Below, piece after piece: positions 23,101 through 36,300 of a stretch of DNA of 64,000 nucleotides (positions within the stretch are counted from its first letter, which is position 1; every line of letters starts with the position of its first letter). The stretch is taken from the NCBI GenBank assembly GCA_964187785.1, contig OZ076409.1:73658001-73722000 (forward strand), read 5' to 3'. The stretch comes from Amphiscolops sp. MND2022. Lineage: Eukaryota. Below the pieces are notes generated by a model. That model ran no database searches. It saw only the letters and a list, made by a program, of their open reading frames with translations, and had not been told where the DNA came from. A program made the position numbers and the translations under genes.

Positions 23101-26100
23101 TTTGGCGCATTTTTTCGCAAATTTTCGAAAACCTAGTCTATCTCTGCCGTTTTTTGCCCAGATTTTTTTCCAGGACCTCTCCTAAAGGCCTCCCCTGGCC
23201 GGTTTACCTCCCAGAAAAACCATTTGGCCCTTTTGCCGCAGTTTCAGCGTTCCAGGATTCCCCGGGTAAAAGTAAAATGTCTTAGAATTTTTTCGAAAAA
23301 TTTTCAAAATTTTTTTTTTCAACTTCAGGCCTCCCAAAGTCAAGAAACGTCCACACAACTAGTATTGCAAGTGGATGCATGTGGAAAGTGCTCGAATAGA
23401 CGAGAAAAATGAGCTATTATAAACCTCTGTAGCTTAACCTGACGTTGACTTATGACAATTTTAGTGTGAGCTTGCTATGTGAGAAAAAATTTCAAAAATT
23501 GAAAATCGAAGCTAAGTCTCATCCAAAACTCATCGGAATGCGTTCAATCCCTCCCAGAGCGGTTTAATTCTAGCTATATAGTGCAGCAACGCCATTCAAG
23601 GTCATTTGACTCATTTCTATAGGTTTTGACTCTGTCTTATCCATCCGAAAGTTCGAAACAGTTAAGTACATTCCATCTCACCTCCGTGGGAGATGGTAAT
23701 GTACTCGCAAAAAACCAGGTACTACCGCCCCATTCTACCCGTAGTGGTGCTAGAAATGCAGTAGCGTGAGCTCCAGGTTGTTTGCAGTAGCCTTTACGTA
23801 TGTTGTGATTATGTATTACAATTCTAACTCTGTTACTAAACATTAAAAAATTGTTTCAATCCCAAACTTTTTTTCAACCTTAGTATGTCACCAATAAAGA
23901 TATATCCATCTTTCCTACTACAACCACCCTACCACCCGGCCCCTCGTATCTTTGTTCAACCGTACACGTCTAGGTGCCCCGCTTTGACCAGCAACCCAAT
24001 TCTTTGAGGGCGGGGTAGGGCCCCCAGCCCGAACATAAGGCTTTAGACTTTCAACTTAAGGCGGATGCTACAGTCTGATATCGATCTCGAGAACTAGCCC
24101 CGCGATTTGGCTGAAATTTTGCATACGGCTTCCTATAACAATTCTAAGAACTAATCCCTACTGGCATTTTGCTGTGAAAACGCAGAATGTTGGTCAAAAT
24201 CTTAGTTTTAGGGTCAAAAATTGGCGTTTTTTCGGAAAATTTTTTTTCAAGAGCCTATATCTCGCCCCACAGGCCCCGAATCAAAAAGTGTACAATTGTT
24301 CGTTTGTTAGGCACTTCATGAACTGTCCGTAAACAAATTTTCGTACAGATCGGATAAAAATTGACTGAGTAATAGTCCCAAATCCGACGAATTTTTTCGA
24401 AATTTTTGGTGCACCTAGTCTATCTCTGCCGTTTTTTGCCCAGATTTTTTTCCAGGACCTCTCCTAAAGGCCTCCCCTGGCCGGTTTACATCCCAGGAAA
24501 ACCATTTGGCCCTTTTGCCGCAGTTTCAGCGTTCCAGGATTCCCCGGGTAAAAGTAAAATGTCTTAGAATTTTTTCGAAAAATTTTCAAAAATTTTTTTT
24601 TCAACTTCAGGCCTCCCAAAGTCAAGAAACGTCCACACAACTAGTATTGCAAGTGGATGCATGTGGAAAGTGCTCGAATAGACGAGAAAAATGAGCTATT
24701 ATAAACCTCTCTAGCTTAACCTGACGTTGACTTATGACAATTTTAGTGTGAGCTTGCTATGTGAGAAAAAATTTCAAAAATTGAAAATCGAAGCAAAGTC
24801 TCATCCAAAACTCATCGGAATACGTTCAATCCATACCAAAGCGGTTTGTTCCCAGTTGTAGAGTGCAGCAACACCATTCAAGGTCATTTGACCCACTTTA
24901 ATAGGTTTTGACTTCGTCTTATCCATCCGAAAACTCGAAACAGTTAAGTACATTCCATCTCCCCTCCGTGGGAGATGGTAATGTACTCGCAAAAAGCCAA
25001 GTACTACCGCCCTATTCTACCCATAGTGGTGCTAGAAATGCAGTAGCGTGAGCTCCAGGTTGTTTGCAGTAGTCTCTATGTGTTATAATTATATTTTTCA
25101 TAGCTAAAAATCTTACTAAACGTGATAAAAAAAATTACATCACTCAAAATTTTTTCAAATATTATTATATGTCCCCAATTGACGCACGTCAACTATTTCA
25201 CTACAACCACCCTACCACCCGGCCCCTCGTATCTTTGTTCAACCGTACACGTCTAGGTGCCAATCCCCCCCGGGATGCCACAACTTCGAGGGCGGGGTAG
25301 GGCCCCCTGCCCGAGTCCAAAACCAACGGCGCTAAACTTCGCGCCAGAAACTTAAGGCGTTTTCCATTTCTAGAGGCGATCTCGAAAACGGCCCATTCCA
25401 TTTGGCTCAAATTTTGCATGCGGCTTCCTCTAGCGATTCTAAGAACTTTTCCCTACTACCATTTTGCCCGGAAAATTTTTTTTGTTGACTTATAGACAAT
25501 TTTAGGTGCCAAAAATGGCGTTTTTTCGAAAAATTTTTTTTCAAGAGCCCATATCTCGCTCCCAGGTGCTCGGAGCGGGTCGCATGTGGACGTCGATATT
25601 GCTAGGCACTTCGTAAGGAGTCCGTAGACAAATTTTCGTACAGATCGGATGAAAATTGACTTAGTAATAAAAAACTTTGATTTGCATTTTTTCGAAAATT
25701 TCTGAAATCCCAGTGTATCTCTGCCGTTTTTTGCCCAGATTTTTTTCCAGGACCTCTCCTAAAGACCTCCCCTGGCCGGTTTACCTCCCAGAAAAACCAT
25801 TTGGCCCTTTTGCCGCAGTTTCAGCGTTCCAGGATTCCCCGGGTAAAAGTAAAATGTCTTAGAATTTTTTCGAAAAATTTTCAAAATTTTTTTTTCAACT
25901 TCAGGCCTCCCAAAGTCAAGAAACGTCCACACAACTAGTATTGCAAGTGGATGCATGTGGAAAGTGCCCGAAAAGACGAGAAAAATGAGCTATTATAAAC
26001 CTCTGTAGCTTAACCTGACGTTGACTTATGACAATTTTAGTGTGAGCTTGCTATGTGAGAAAAAATTTCAAAAATTGAAAATCGAAGCTAAGTCTCATCC

Positions 26101-29100
26101 AAAACTCATCGGAATGCGTTCAATCCCTCCCAGAGCGGTTTAATTCTAGCTATATAGTGCAGCAACGCCATTCAAGGTCATTTGACTCATTTCTATAGGT
26201 TTTGACTCTGTCTTATCCATCCGAAAATTCGAAACAGTTAAGTACATTCCATCTCCCCTCCGTGGGAGATGGTAATGTACTCGCAAAAAGCCAAGTACTA
26301 CCGCCCTATTCTACCCGTAGTGGTGCTAGAAATGCAGTAGCGTGAGCTCCAGGTTGTTTGCAGTAGCCTTTACGTATGTTGTGATTATGTATTACAATTC
26401 TAACTCTGTTACTAAACATTAAAAAATTGTTTCAATCCCAAATTTTTTTCAACCTTAGTATGTCACCAATAAAGATATATCCATCCATTTACTACTACCT
26501 ACCCCATCACCCGCCCCCTCCACTATCTGTTCAACCGTACACGTCTAGGTGCCCAGCTTTGACCAGCAACCCAACTCTTTGAGGGCGGGGTAGGGCCCCC
26601 AGCCCGAACATAAGGCTTTAGACTTTCAACTTAAGGCCATTACGTGAGATCTAGACGATCTCGAAAACGAGCCCCACGATTTGGCTGAAAATTTGCATAC
26701 GGCTTCCTCTAGCGATTCTAAGAACTATTCCCTACTGGCATTTTGCTGTGAAAACGCAGAATGTGGGTCAAAATCTTAGTTTTTTGGTCGAAAAATGGCA
26801 TTTTTTCGAAAAAATTTTTTCAAGAGCCCATATCTCGCTCCCAGATGCTCGGAGCCGGTCGCATGTGGACGTCGATATTGCTAGGCACTTCGTAAGGAGT
26901 CCGTAGACAAATTTTCGTACGGATCGGATGAAAATTGATTGAGTTATAACAGTTTTTGAAACGCATTTTGTCGACATTTTTCGAGAACCTAGTCTATCTC
27001 TGCCGTTTTTTGCCCAGATTTTTTTCCAGGACCTCTCCTAAAGGCCTCCCCTGGCCGGTTTACATCCCAGAAAAACCATTTGGCCCTTTTGCCGCAGTTT
27101 CAGCGTTCCAGGATTCCTTGAGTAAAGTAAAATGACTTAGAATTTTTTCGAAAAATTTTCGAGAAAAAAAATTTTTTCATCAGGCCTCCCAAAGTCAAGA
27201 AACGTCCACACAACTAGTATTGCAAGTGAATGCATGTGGAAAGTGCTCGAATAGACGAGAAAAATGAGCTATTATAAACCTCTGTAGCTTAACCTGACGT
27301 TGACTTATGACAATTTTAGTGTGAGCTTGCTATGTGAGAAAAAATTTCAAAAATTGAAAATCGAAGTTATGTCTCATCCAAAACTCATCGGAATACGTTC
27401 AATCCATCCCAAAGCGGTTTATTTCCAGCTATAGAGTGCAGCAACACCGTTCAAGGTTATTTGACCCATTTTAATAGGTTTGGACTCTGTCTTATTCATC
27501 CGAAAGTTCGAAACAGTTAAGTACATTCCATCTCCCCTCGGTGGGAGATGGTAATGTACTCGCAAAAAGCCAAGTACTTACGCCCTATTCTACCCGTAGT
27601 GGTGCTAGAAATGCAGTAGCGGGAGCGCCAGGCTGTTTACAGTAGCCTTTATGGGTGTTGTGACTATGTATTACAAATCTAACTATGTTACTGAACGTGA
27701 AAAAGTTGTTTCAATCCCAAAATTTTTTTTCAACTTTAATATGTCACCAATAAACATATATCCATCTTTCCTACTACAACCACCCTACCACCCGGCCCCT
27801 CGTATCTTTGTTCAACCGTACACGTCTAGGTGCCATAATCCATTGATTAGCTCAACACTTCGAGGGCGGGGTAGGGCCCCCAGCCCGAGTCAAAAGTCGA
27901 AGACAAACAACTTAAGGCGAATGTAACAGCGAGACCCCGATTTTCTAAACTAGCCCCGCGATTTGGCTGAAATTTTGCATACGGCTTCCTATAACAATTC
28001 TAAGAACTAATTCCTACTGGCATTTTGCTGTGAAAACGCAGAATGTGGGTCAAAATCTTAGTTTTTTGGTCGAAAAATGGCGTTTTTTCGAAAAAATTTT
28101 TTTCAAGAGCCCATATCTCGCCCCCAGGTGCTCGGAGCGGGTCGCATGTGGACGTCGATATTGCTGGGCTCTTCGTAAGGAGTCCGTAGACAAATTTTCG
28201 TACAGATCGGATAAAAATTGACTGAGTAATAGCCGGAATTCTGACGAATTTTTCAGAAAATTTTGGTACAACTAGTCTATCTCTGCCGTTTTTTGCCCAG
28301 ATTTTTTTCCAGGACCTCTCCTAAAGGCCTCCCCTGGCCGGTTTACCTCCCAGAAAAACCATTTGGCCCTTTTGCCGCAGTTTCAGCGTTCCAGGATTTC
28401 TTGAGTAAAAGTAAAATGACTTAGAATTTTTTCGAAATTTTTCAAAATTTTTTTTTTCAACTTCAGGCCTCCCAAAGTCAAGAAACGTCCACACAACTAG
28501 TATTGCAAGTGAATGCACGTGGAAAGTGCTCGAAAAGACGAGAAAAATGAGCTATTATAAACCTCTGTAGCTCAACCTGACGTTGACTTATGACAATTTT
28601 AGTGTGAGCTTGCTATGTGAGAAAAAAATTCGAAAATTGAAAATCGAAGCTAAGTCGCATCCAAAACTCATCGGAATGGGTTCAATCCATCCCAAAGCGG
28701 TTTAATTCCAGCTATATAGTGCACCAACACCATTGAAGAACATTTGATCCATATATAAAAGTTTTGACACCGTCTTATCCGTTTGAAAGTTCGAAACAGT
28801 TAAGTACATTCCATCTCCCCTCCGTGGGAGATGGTAATGTACTCGCAAAAAGCCAAGTACTACCGCCCTATTCTACCCGTAGTGTTGCTAGAAATGTAGT
28901 AGCGGGAGCGCCAGGCTGTTTACAGTAGCCTTTACGGGTGTTGTGACTATGCATTACAAGTCTAACTATGTTACTGAACGTGAAAAAATTGTTTCACTCC
29001 AAAATTTTTTTTCTACTCTTTTATGTCATCAATAAAGATATATCCATCCATTTACTACTACCTACCCCATCACCCGCCCCCTCCACTATCTGTTCAACCG

Positions 29101-29866
29101 TACACGTCTAGGTGCCCAAATCCATCGATTTACCTTCACTTTGAGGGCGGGGTAGGGCCCCCGACCGGCTCCACAGGCTTTAGACTGACAACTTAAGGCG
29201 CTTTTTAGGTGTAGAGACGATCTCGAAAATGGCCCATACGATTTCGCTCAAATTTTGCATACGGCTTCCTCTAGCGATTCTAAGAACTTTTCCCTACTAC
29301 CATTTTGCCCGGAAAAATCAAAAAGTGGGTCAAAATCTTAGTTTTTTGGTCGAAAAATGGCGTTTTTTCAGAAAATTTTTTTTCAAGAGCCCATATCTCG
29401 CTCCCAGGTGCTCGGAGCGGGTCGCATGTGGACGTTGATATTGCTAGGCACTTCGTTAGGAGTCCGTAGACAAATTTTGGTTCAGATCGGATAAAAATTG
29501 ACAGAGTAATAGCCGCAAATCCGACGAATTTTTCAGAAAATTTTGGTACATCTAGTCTATCTCTGCCGTTTTTTGCCCAGATTTTTTTCCAGGACCTCTC
29601 CTAAAGGCCTCCCCTGGCCGGTTTACCTCCCAGAAAAACCATTTGGCCCTTTTGCCGCAATTTCAGCGTTCCAGAATTCCCCGAGTAAAAGTAAAATGAC
29701 TTAGAATTTTGTCAAAAAATTTTCAAAAATTTTTTTTTTTCAACTTCAGGCCTCCCAAAGTCAAGGAACTTCCACACAACTAGTATTGCAAGTGAATGCA
29801 TGTGGAAAGTGCTTGAATAGACGAGAAAAATGAGCTATTATAAAACTCTGTAGCTTAACTTGACGT

Positions 29867-29968
29867 TGACTTATGACATTTTAAGTTTAGGTAGATTTTA
29901 AATTCATATTTCTAACTTTGACTTATGACATTTTAAGTTTAGGTAGGTTTTAAATTCATATTTCTAAC
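29867..29968 (+). repeat. ~50-bp tandem duplication at the point where the long element leaves the shared left module
   Basis: TGACTTATGACATTTTAAGTTTAGGTAG(A/G)TTTTAAATTCATATTTCTAACT x2, followed by a polypyrimidine tract and CAG (29990). Confidence 0.85.
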
Positions 29969-30354
29969 TAATTGTTTTTTCTTTTTCCAGGTGTCGGAGT
30001 TCTCTTTTTCTGCAAACAGGTAGTATTTGGTAACAGGTTACGTCTGGTAAGTTTGTGGGTTGAGTAGTAAATGGTGATTATCGATCGACGGAAAGCGTGG
30101 TCGTTGATTAGGTGTTCTGCACAAAAGTAGTGGTAAAACAGGTAATCCTCGGTAAATATGCCGGCAAAGGTGAAAATGAAGTGCAACCGTGTTTCCAGTT
30201 ATACGCAATCTTTGTTTTGTGTCAAAAAATGGAGACTTTTTCTGATGATGTCTAACAGGATCAGCGTTTTTCCAGATTTGATTTGAATTGCTTTGATCTG
30301 CTTTGCCAACATTAACTTGTTTTGCTTGGCTATCAAAGAGGCTAAAAGTCCCCA

Positions 30355-33300
30355 ATGCCTCGTGGTAGAGGGAGAGGAAGGAGTGGCGGTACAGCAAGGA
30401 GGAAGTGTGCTGTGCACAATTTGTTTGTTGGAGCAGATGGTGTCTGTGGAAGGTGTGCGTCTCAGGTGGAGCAACAGCAGCAGGTGGAGAGTGATCAAGA
30501 TGATCAAACAGCCAGTAATGGCAACGTCCCTAATCCCCCAGATGCCCCCAATGGTGCTGAGAGGTCACGAGTGGAGATGTGTGACAGATGTAGTAGAACT
30601 AGCAGCGACTCTTACAGACTTGACTTACACTCTATACATAAAGACTCTACTCACACTACAATGTTCGGTCGAAATTTAAATGAAGTTAGCGGAGAAACTG
30701 TCAAGATGTGTCAGCAATGCGTCGCCTATGACGCCAACCCCTACCGACACAAGGATTGGCCCAACGCGTGGCCCAGCGTACTTTATACTTTACTTTTTGA
30801 TACTCATAGGTTTAGTTCAAACGCTGAAAAACTGTTTAAAATACTTCCACATGAAATTAGGACTTCTTACATGCAACACTTAAACAATGTTTATCCTACT
30901 CTTACTTTCAATAGTTACGATTCGGTTTTCAGGGATATAACTAGGGAAAAAGAAGACTTCTGGACTCTTATAAACAGTCGAACTGCGAAAAACTTAATCA
31001 ATGCTCTGACTAAACACTGTTTTCCTAACATAAGATGCCCAGCTGGATGCTTTGAGTTTGTCGAAAAGGCTCAAGGAATTTCTTTTGCTCATTTTCTAAA
31101 CTGGATTTACCCTCTCTTCACTAGTTTCAACGCTGATAGCAGAAAGTTTTTAAATGGAATCCGTGATGACTTTACAAAACCTTTAATACTGTTGGAGAAG
31201 TTTAAAATTTCACCTTGTCTGGTAAATAATGAAAACGGTTTGCAGTTAGTTACATGTAGCGACCACAAAAATGGTGTCAAATTGAAGTATGTTCATGTTC
31301 CAACCAACCCAGCAACAGGTAATGTTAGTACACGGTCTGCAGACAGGTTAGCTTTAATGGTGTCAAGTGTCCGAACGGTAAGACCTTTGAAAATAGGTGC
31401 TAAAAGTTGTACTTTTACAATGTGTCGCGTAGACAGTGGACGCATCAGCGGTGTGAGCAGTACTGTTCTCCACAAGTTCCGTAATTTTGAGACTCCCCCT
31501 ACAGATCGTTTGGTTGAAATCGAAAAACTCATGATTAACTGTAGAAATGATGTCAAAGATATTATAAGACAATGCTGTGGAAACTTTGAAATAAGTAAGG
31601 GTTTAGCCGAGTATTTTCTTGCTGTGGAGTCACCTGTAAGTATTTCTACCATTGAAGAAAATTGTAAAAGTGCTGTCGTGTTTGACATGGAATCATTGAT
31701 GAGAATGAAAGACTACGTGGAAAGTTGTCCTGAAGATGTGACCAATCGGGACCTTGGTTTGGCACCATTGCTTTTAGGACATAAACTCGACGGCTACGGA
31801 TGTGAGCCTCAGTCTATCGCAAAGATAATTGCCCAGAATTCAGATTTGTTTCCATTTGTTTACGTATTCATCAGTCAGGATTTGCTTTTGTCTAAACTTT
31901 TGAAATTGAGTTCGGGAAATGATCAATTACAACTCCTTTGCAAAACACTCTATAAACTTCGATCAAATTTTTGCAATCGTTTCCAATCCCAAATCCAGTC
32001 AGTATTCCGTAGTTTCCAGGAAGTTTTCACTGCAATTTTTCCAACTGGCTCGATTCCTTTGAGCAACATAGTTGAGACTTTAGAAAACTGTAGCGTTAAA
32101 ACATGTCAACGAGGTGAGGTGACAAACGTTAGCATTGACTGTTCGAGGTATGACACACTTCTCTTTGTGGCCACAGGTTCCAACACACGTGATTTGCAAG
32201 TGCCCTTTGAATTGACTTCAACTAATGGAACAACTTTTTATTTAACTTTTGTTAGTTCTGACTCAACTTTAAGTCTCAGGTATGGTCCTCCGTTCTATGG
32301 ATTCTGGACTGTTAAAAATGACGGAAGTAGACCTGTAAAAGATCCAACTTTAGAGTACCAGTACAACAGGAACTGGAAATACTTGTTATATGTATCTAAA
32401 AGTGACTTGAACGAGGAAACTAAATTACGATTCTTGAAATATATGGGAGGACAAGGTGTCTTTTTTTGTCAAGAACATGTAAAACCGTTATCAACTGATT
32501 ACTTAAACAGCAATAGAAAATGTAGCATGCCCAAAAATACCGGTGTTTCACAAATTTGTACGCGAAAATCTGCTTGGCGGTGTCCGGAAAATGACTGTTT
32601 TGCGTCCGTTTGTAAGACTCATTTCCGAGAATTTTGCGACACGAACGACCGAGTTAACGTTGATAATGCTCCCTCTACTGATGCCATCCAAGATAGCAGC
32701 GATGAAGAAACAGAGTTGCCAATGGACGTCGATGAAGAACCAGATGTCAATCAACCTGGACCCAGCTTTGTACTGGATAACCCTCAACGATCCCAAGAAG
32801 AACAAGAGGCCAACATGGACGAGTTTGATTGTCCGCAATTGATAGTTGATGCCGGATTTCAAGATACGGATGCGTTTGCGACGGACGCTGGCTGTGAGCC
32901 CGTTTATCTTTCGAACGACTCTAAATTTGTTCCAATGCATGTACTTTTAAACGGCGAATGCCAACTGATGAAGCGTTTAAGGTACCCTAAGCATATAGGT
33001 AAAAGATTCCAACGCTACTTCCAGAACTTCGTTTCAACTTTGCCTGGCAAGTCGATACCTTTGCTTCAACCAGAAGCTTGTTTGTTTCCAAGCATTTTTT
33101 ATAAACAGCTAGAGGATGGCTCTTTTCCTGGGGCTCTGCCCTTTTTTCTCTACGACGATAAAAAAGCAAATTCAAAATTGGACTACGACGGTCTGCATGA
33201 ACATTTGCGGGTGAGACTTAAAGACGCGACTCTTTTAACTTCAGCTAATTTGTCTTACATTATGTACGCGTTCGACAGTGTTTTGAATTTATCGTTGACA

Positions 33301-36300
33301 AAATGCCACACCAACCAGTTCTTCAAACGTGGCTTACAGACAATCTCCATTGGTAAGTATAAACCGCGGCAACTGACATCAACGGAATCTGTACTTAAAA
33401 TGGATAGTGTAGACAGTGACGTGCATGTAAATAGGTTAGGTACTGCCTGTGCTTCCGAAACACCCGATCTTTTTGTAACGTTCACATGTAATCAAAAAGA
33501 ACACCCTGGAGTTGCCGAAGTTGTTCAGGCAATTTATGAATTGTACGGCAGTGCTCCAGTCGAAGAACTAAAAGACGTGCTCCAAGCATACATGGTGATT
33601 ATCGTAAGATGCTGGACCAGGACGATCGAATTGCTAATTGATTACTTAAGGTTTTCTGATGAACATATTTTGGGTGAAATTTTGAAGGTTTGGGGTAGGG
33701 CTGAGTTCCAGAGTGCCGCAGCGAATTTACAACACTACCACATACTGTTTTGGTTGAAGAATCTTGTAGAAGATGTTTTGGAGAAAATTGCCTGTGCTCA
33801 CAAACATGTGTTTCACGAGTTCAAAAAACTTTTTCATGTCAATTTTGGTACCGTTGATAGCGCTGAACACGCAGGTGAGTTGTTTGACAAATGTGTTCGC
33901 GTGCAAACTCACGACTGTGAGAAAGGTCACTGCTTGAAAAAGGTAAGGTTTGATGGAGAAAGAAAATGTCGTTTTCCACCGTACCCGCAGAGTCATGAAC
34001 CATGGTATAAGGAGTTTCACCAGCCGCATTCAAAAGAAGCCTTGGAAGCCCTACAGGAAATTGGGTTGGCCGAACCGCGGCCTGGTTTTTTCAATGAATT
34101 GCAGGTAACCTCTGTTTTGAAGGCAGGTAAATACATGTACGCTGCTCAGAGGGGTGAGCACATGTCTCCTTTGAATGTTGCCTTGTGGAGCATCTGCAAG
34201 TCGAGTTTGAATGTTCTAAAAGTTTGCAAATCAGTGGCCTCCCGGTATTTAACATCATATGCCGCGGGAAAGGAAGAGCATGCTGACGTTTCAATTAACC
34301 CTGATAATGCTCACAATGTCCTAAATGTGCAAGTCCAAAAAATTGAAAACAAAAAGTTAGGTGGTGTTCGGAAAATTCTTGCTCGAGAGGCTAAACAGGA
34401 AAAAACTCAAGGTATTATTGATTCTACTACGATTGCAAGTACAGAATGTGTGTCGTGGATGTTACAACTTCCTACGGTAATAACAACAATGGATTTTGTT
34501 TCGGTTCCTACAGTGTCGCTTGAAAACCGCGGCGGTGTACTTTTAAAACGAAAAAACAACACTCAGTCGAGAGCTAATGTACCCGGTGTAGCAAATGAAG
34601 GTCCTGCGGAAATTAGACAACATCATCTGCATTTTCCCCGTCATAGACTTTTCACAGGTGGACAAAAAATTGTTATAGAAAGTGTGAATAAAACTCCTTT
34701 TAGCACTGATAAAGTAACTGTTTTCTCTTTACGTCCTCCAGAATTGCTGTTTGTGAATAAATTGAAATTGTATTACAGGTGGTTCGTTAGAGAAAAATTA
34801 CCCGGTAAAAAAGAAACAATCTGTGTTAGGTTTTTGAAAAATGATGTTAAAGATTCAACCTGGGTGGATGGTGAAAATTATGCCATTCGATTGAGACCTT
34901 GCGCTGTTGGTGAATTTTCAAACTATGTTCAGGAATGTTTACTTACAACTCCAGCCGATGACAGACTTAATGACGCTTGGCGTGTGATCACTGAAGTTTT
35001 GAATGTTGCTTCACACCAAAATCGTTCTTTTTTCGTTTCTGCAGACCCCAATTTGTCAAACACTCCCGCTGAAGTTGTGTTTTCTAAAGTTTATCCTCGA
35101 AGCCCGGCGAACTTTTTGATTCACTTTTTGCTTTCAAATGCTTGTTTTGAAACAGAACTAGAACTTTTTGACGTGCCAACACTAAAAGATGCTTATATCA
35201 AAGGTAAAATTGTTCCCGACAAACAGGTTTTTGACACTGATGATTGCAATGAACTTTTGAAAAAGTACGTTTTGGAACAGCTTCGATACCTACCAGGTGG
35301 CACCAGATCTTTTGATGGTAACGTATTGGCTGCAAAATCTGCATTTAAAGGAATGTTGATAGATAACGACATCTACAACGAAGGTCTTCCCATAACGACA
35401 ATGGATACTTTGACTGAAGCATTAGAAGACAAAGCGAAAAAAATGCTTCGACAGTCCCAAGTAAACATAATAAAGTCGTTGACTCAAAAAAATTTACCAA
35501 GTTTTCCGTCTTCAGCTGACTTTGAAACAGTTACGAAAGAAACACCTTCGAATTGGTCAGCTGAATTGATAGCTAATGTTTTTCAATCCGCTGAGTCGCT
35601 ACAAGAACAGTCGTTAATTTTAGAAACTCTAAAAAATTTGATTACTGACATTTTGTTTTCAGGTCACAAGTTTAATAAACATCAGCTAATTTTAGGTCCC
35701 CCCGGCACTGGTAAGACTTACGTGTTAACAATGGCTTTAGGTTTTGCTCTGTCGAAAGGTTTGTTTTGTCTTGTGACAAGTCTTGCATCAAGAAGATCGA
35801 TGCACTTTGGCGGTGAACATATACATAAACTGTTTTGTTTGCCCCCGTGTTCGAAAGGCTCGCCAATCAAAATGGCTGAGCAGGCACTGACAAAACTGGA
35901 TCACAGAAATGACAAGAAGATGCTCCTCCTGGCTTTGGAAGTGCTGTTCGTGGAAGAGGTAAGCTTGATAAGCGCCGAACAGTGGTCTGCTATGGACATT
36001 ACACTTCAGGAGTTGAAGCAGTCAACTTTGCCTTTCGGTGGCGTTCTGGTAATTGCGAGTGGAGATCAGATGCAACTACCCTCCATCGACGGCAATGACA
36101 TCTTCCTTAGTCCCGTTCTGTTGACAAACTTTGCGTTGTTTTTTCTCGGACATTTCGTTCGGATGACTGATCAAGCTGGTCAAACTGTGCTTCGTCACAT
36201 GTGGAAGCGTCCGATTAATCCTGCCGCTGTCGCTGAAATTCTGGCCATTTTGGATGCCAAGTGTACGTTTAAAGACAGTTGGGCGGATCTCCGCGACCAA

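Larger units (their letters stand above)
1..29111 (+). repeat. Head-to-tail array of non-autonomous Helitron-like units, left arm (1 partial + 22 complete units)
   Basis: CTAG|G(T/A)G junctions end at 950, 2233, 3205, 4488, 5769, 7062, 8354, 9642, 10930, 12197, 13479, 14771, 16063, 17449, 18737, 20126, 21409, 22692, 23973, 25256, 26548, 27829 and 29111. Units share blocks such as GAGGGCGGGGTAGGGCCCC, AGTCTATCTCTGCCGTTTTTTGCCCAG and CCACACAACTAGTATTGCAAGTG. Confidence 0.95.

Noticed and set aside
79..29438. Many 60-140-aa ORFs inside the short units (also at 42782-63925)
   Set aside because: They recur only because the DNA repeats. They often start at non-ATG codons, are broken by homopolymer length changes between copies, and show no domain motifs.
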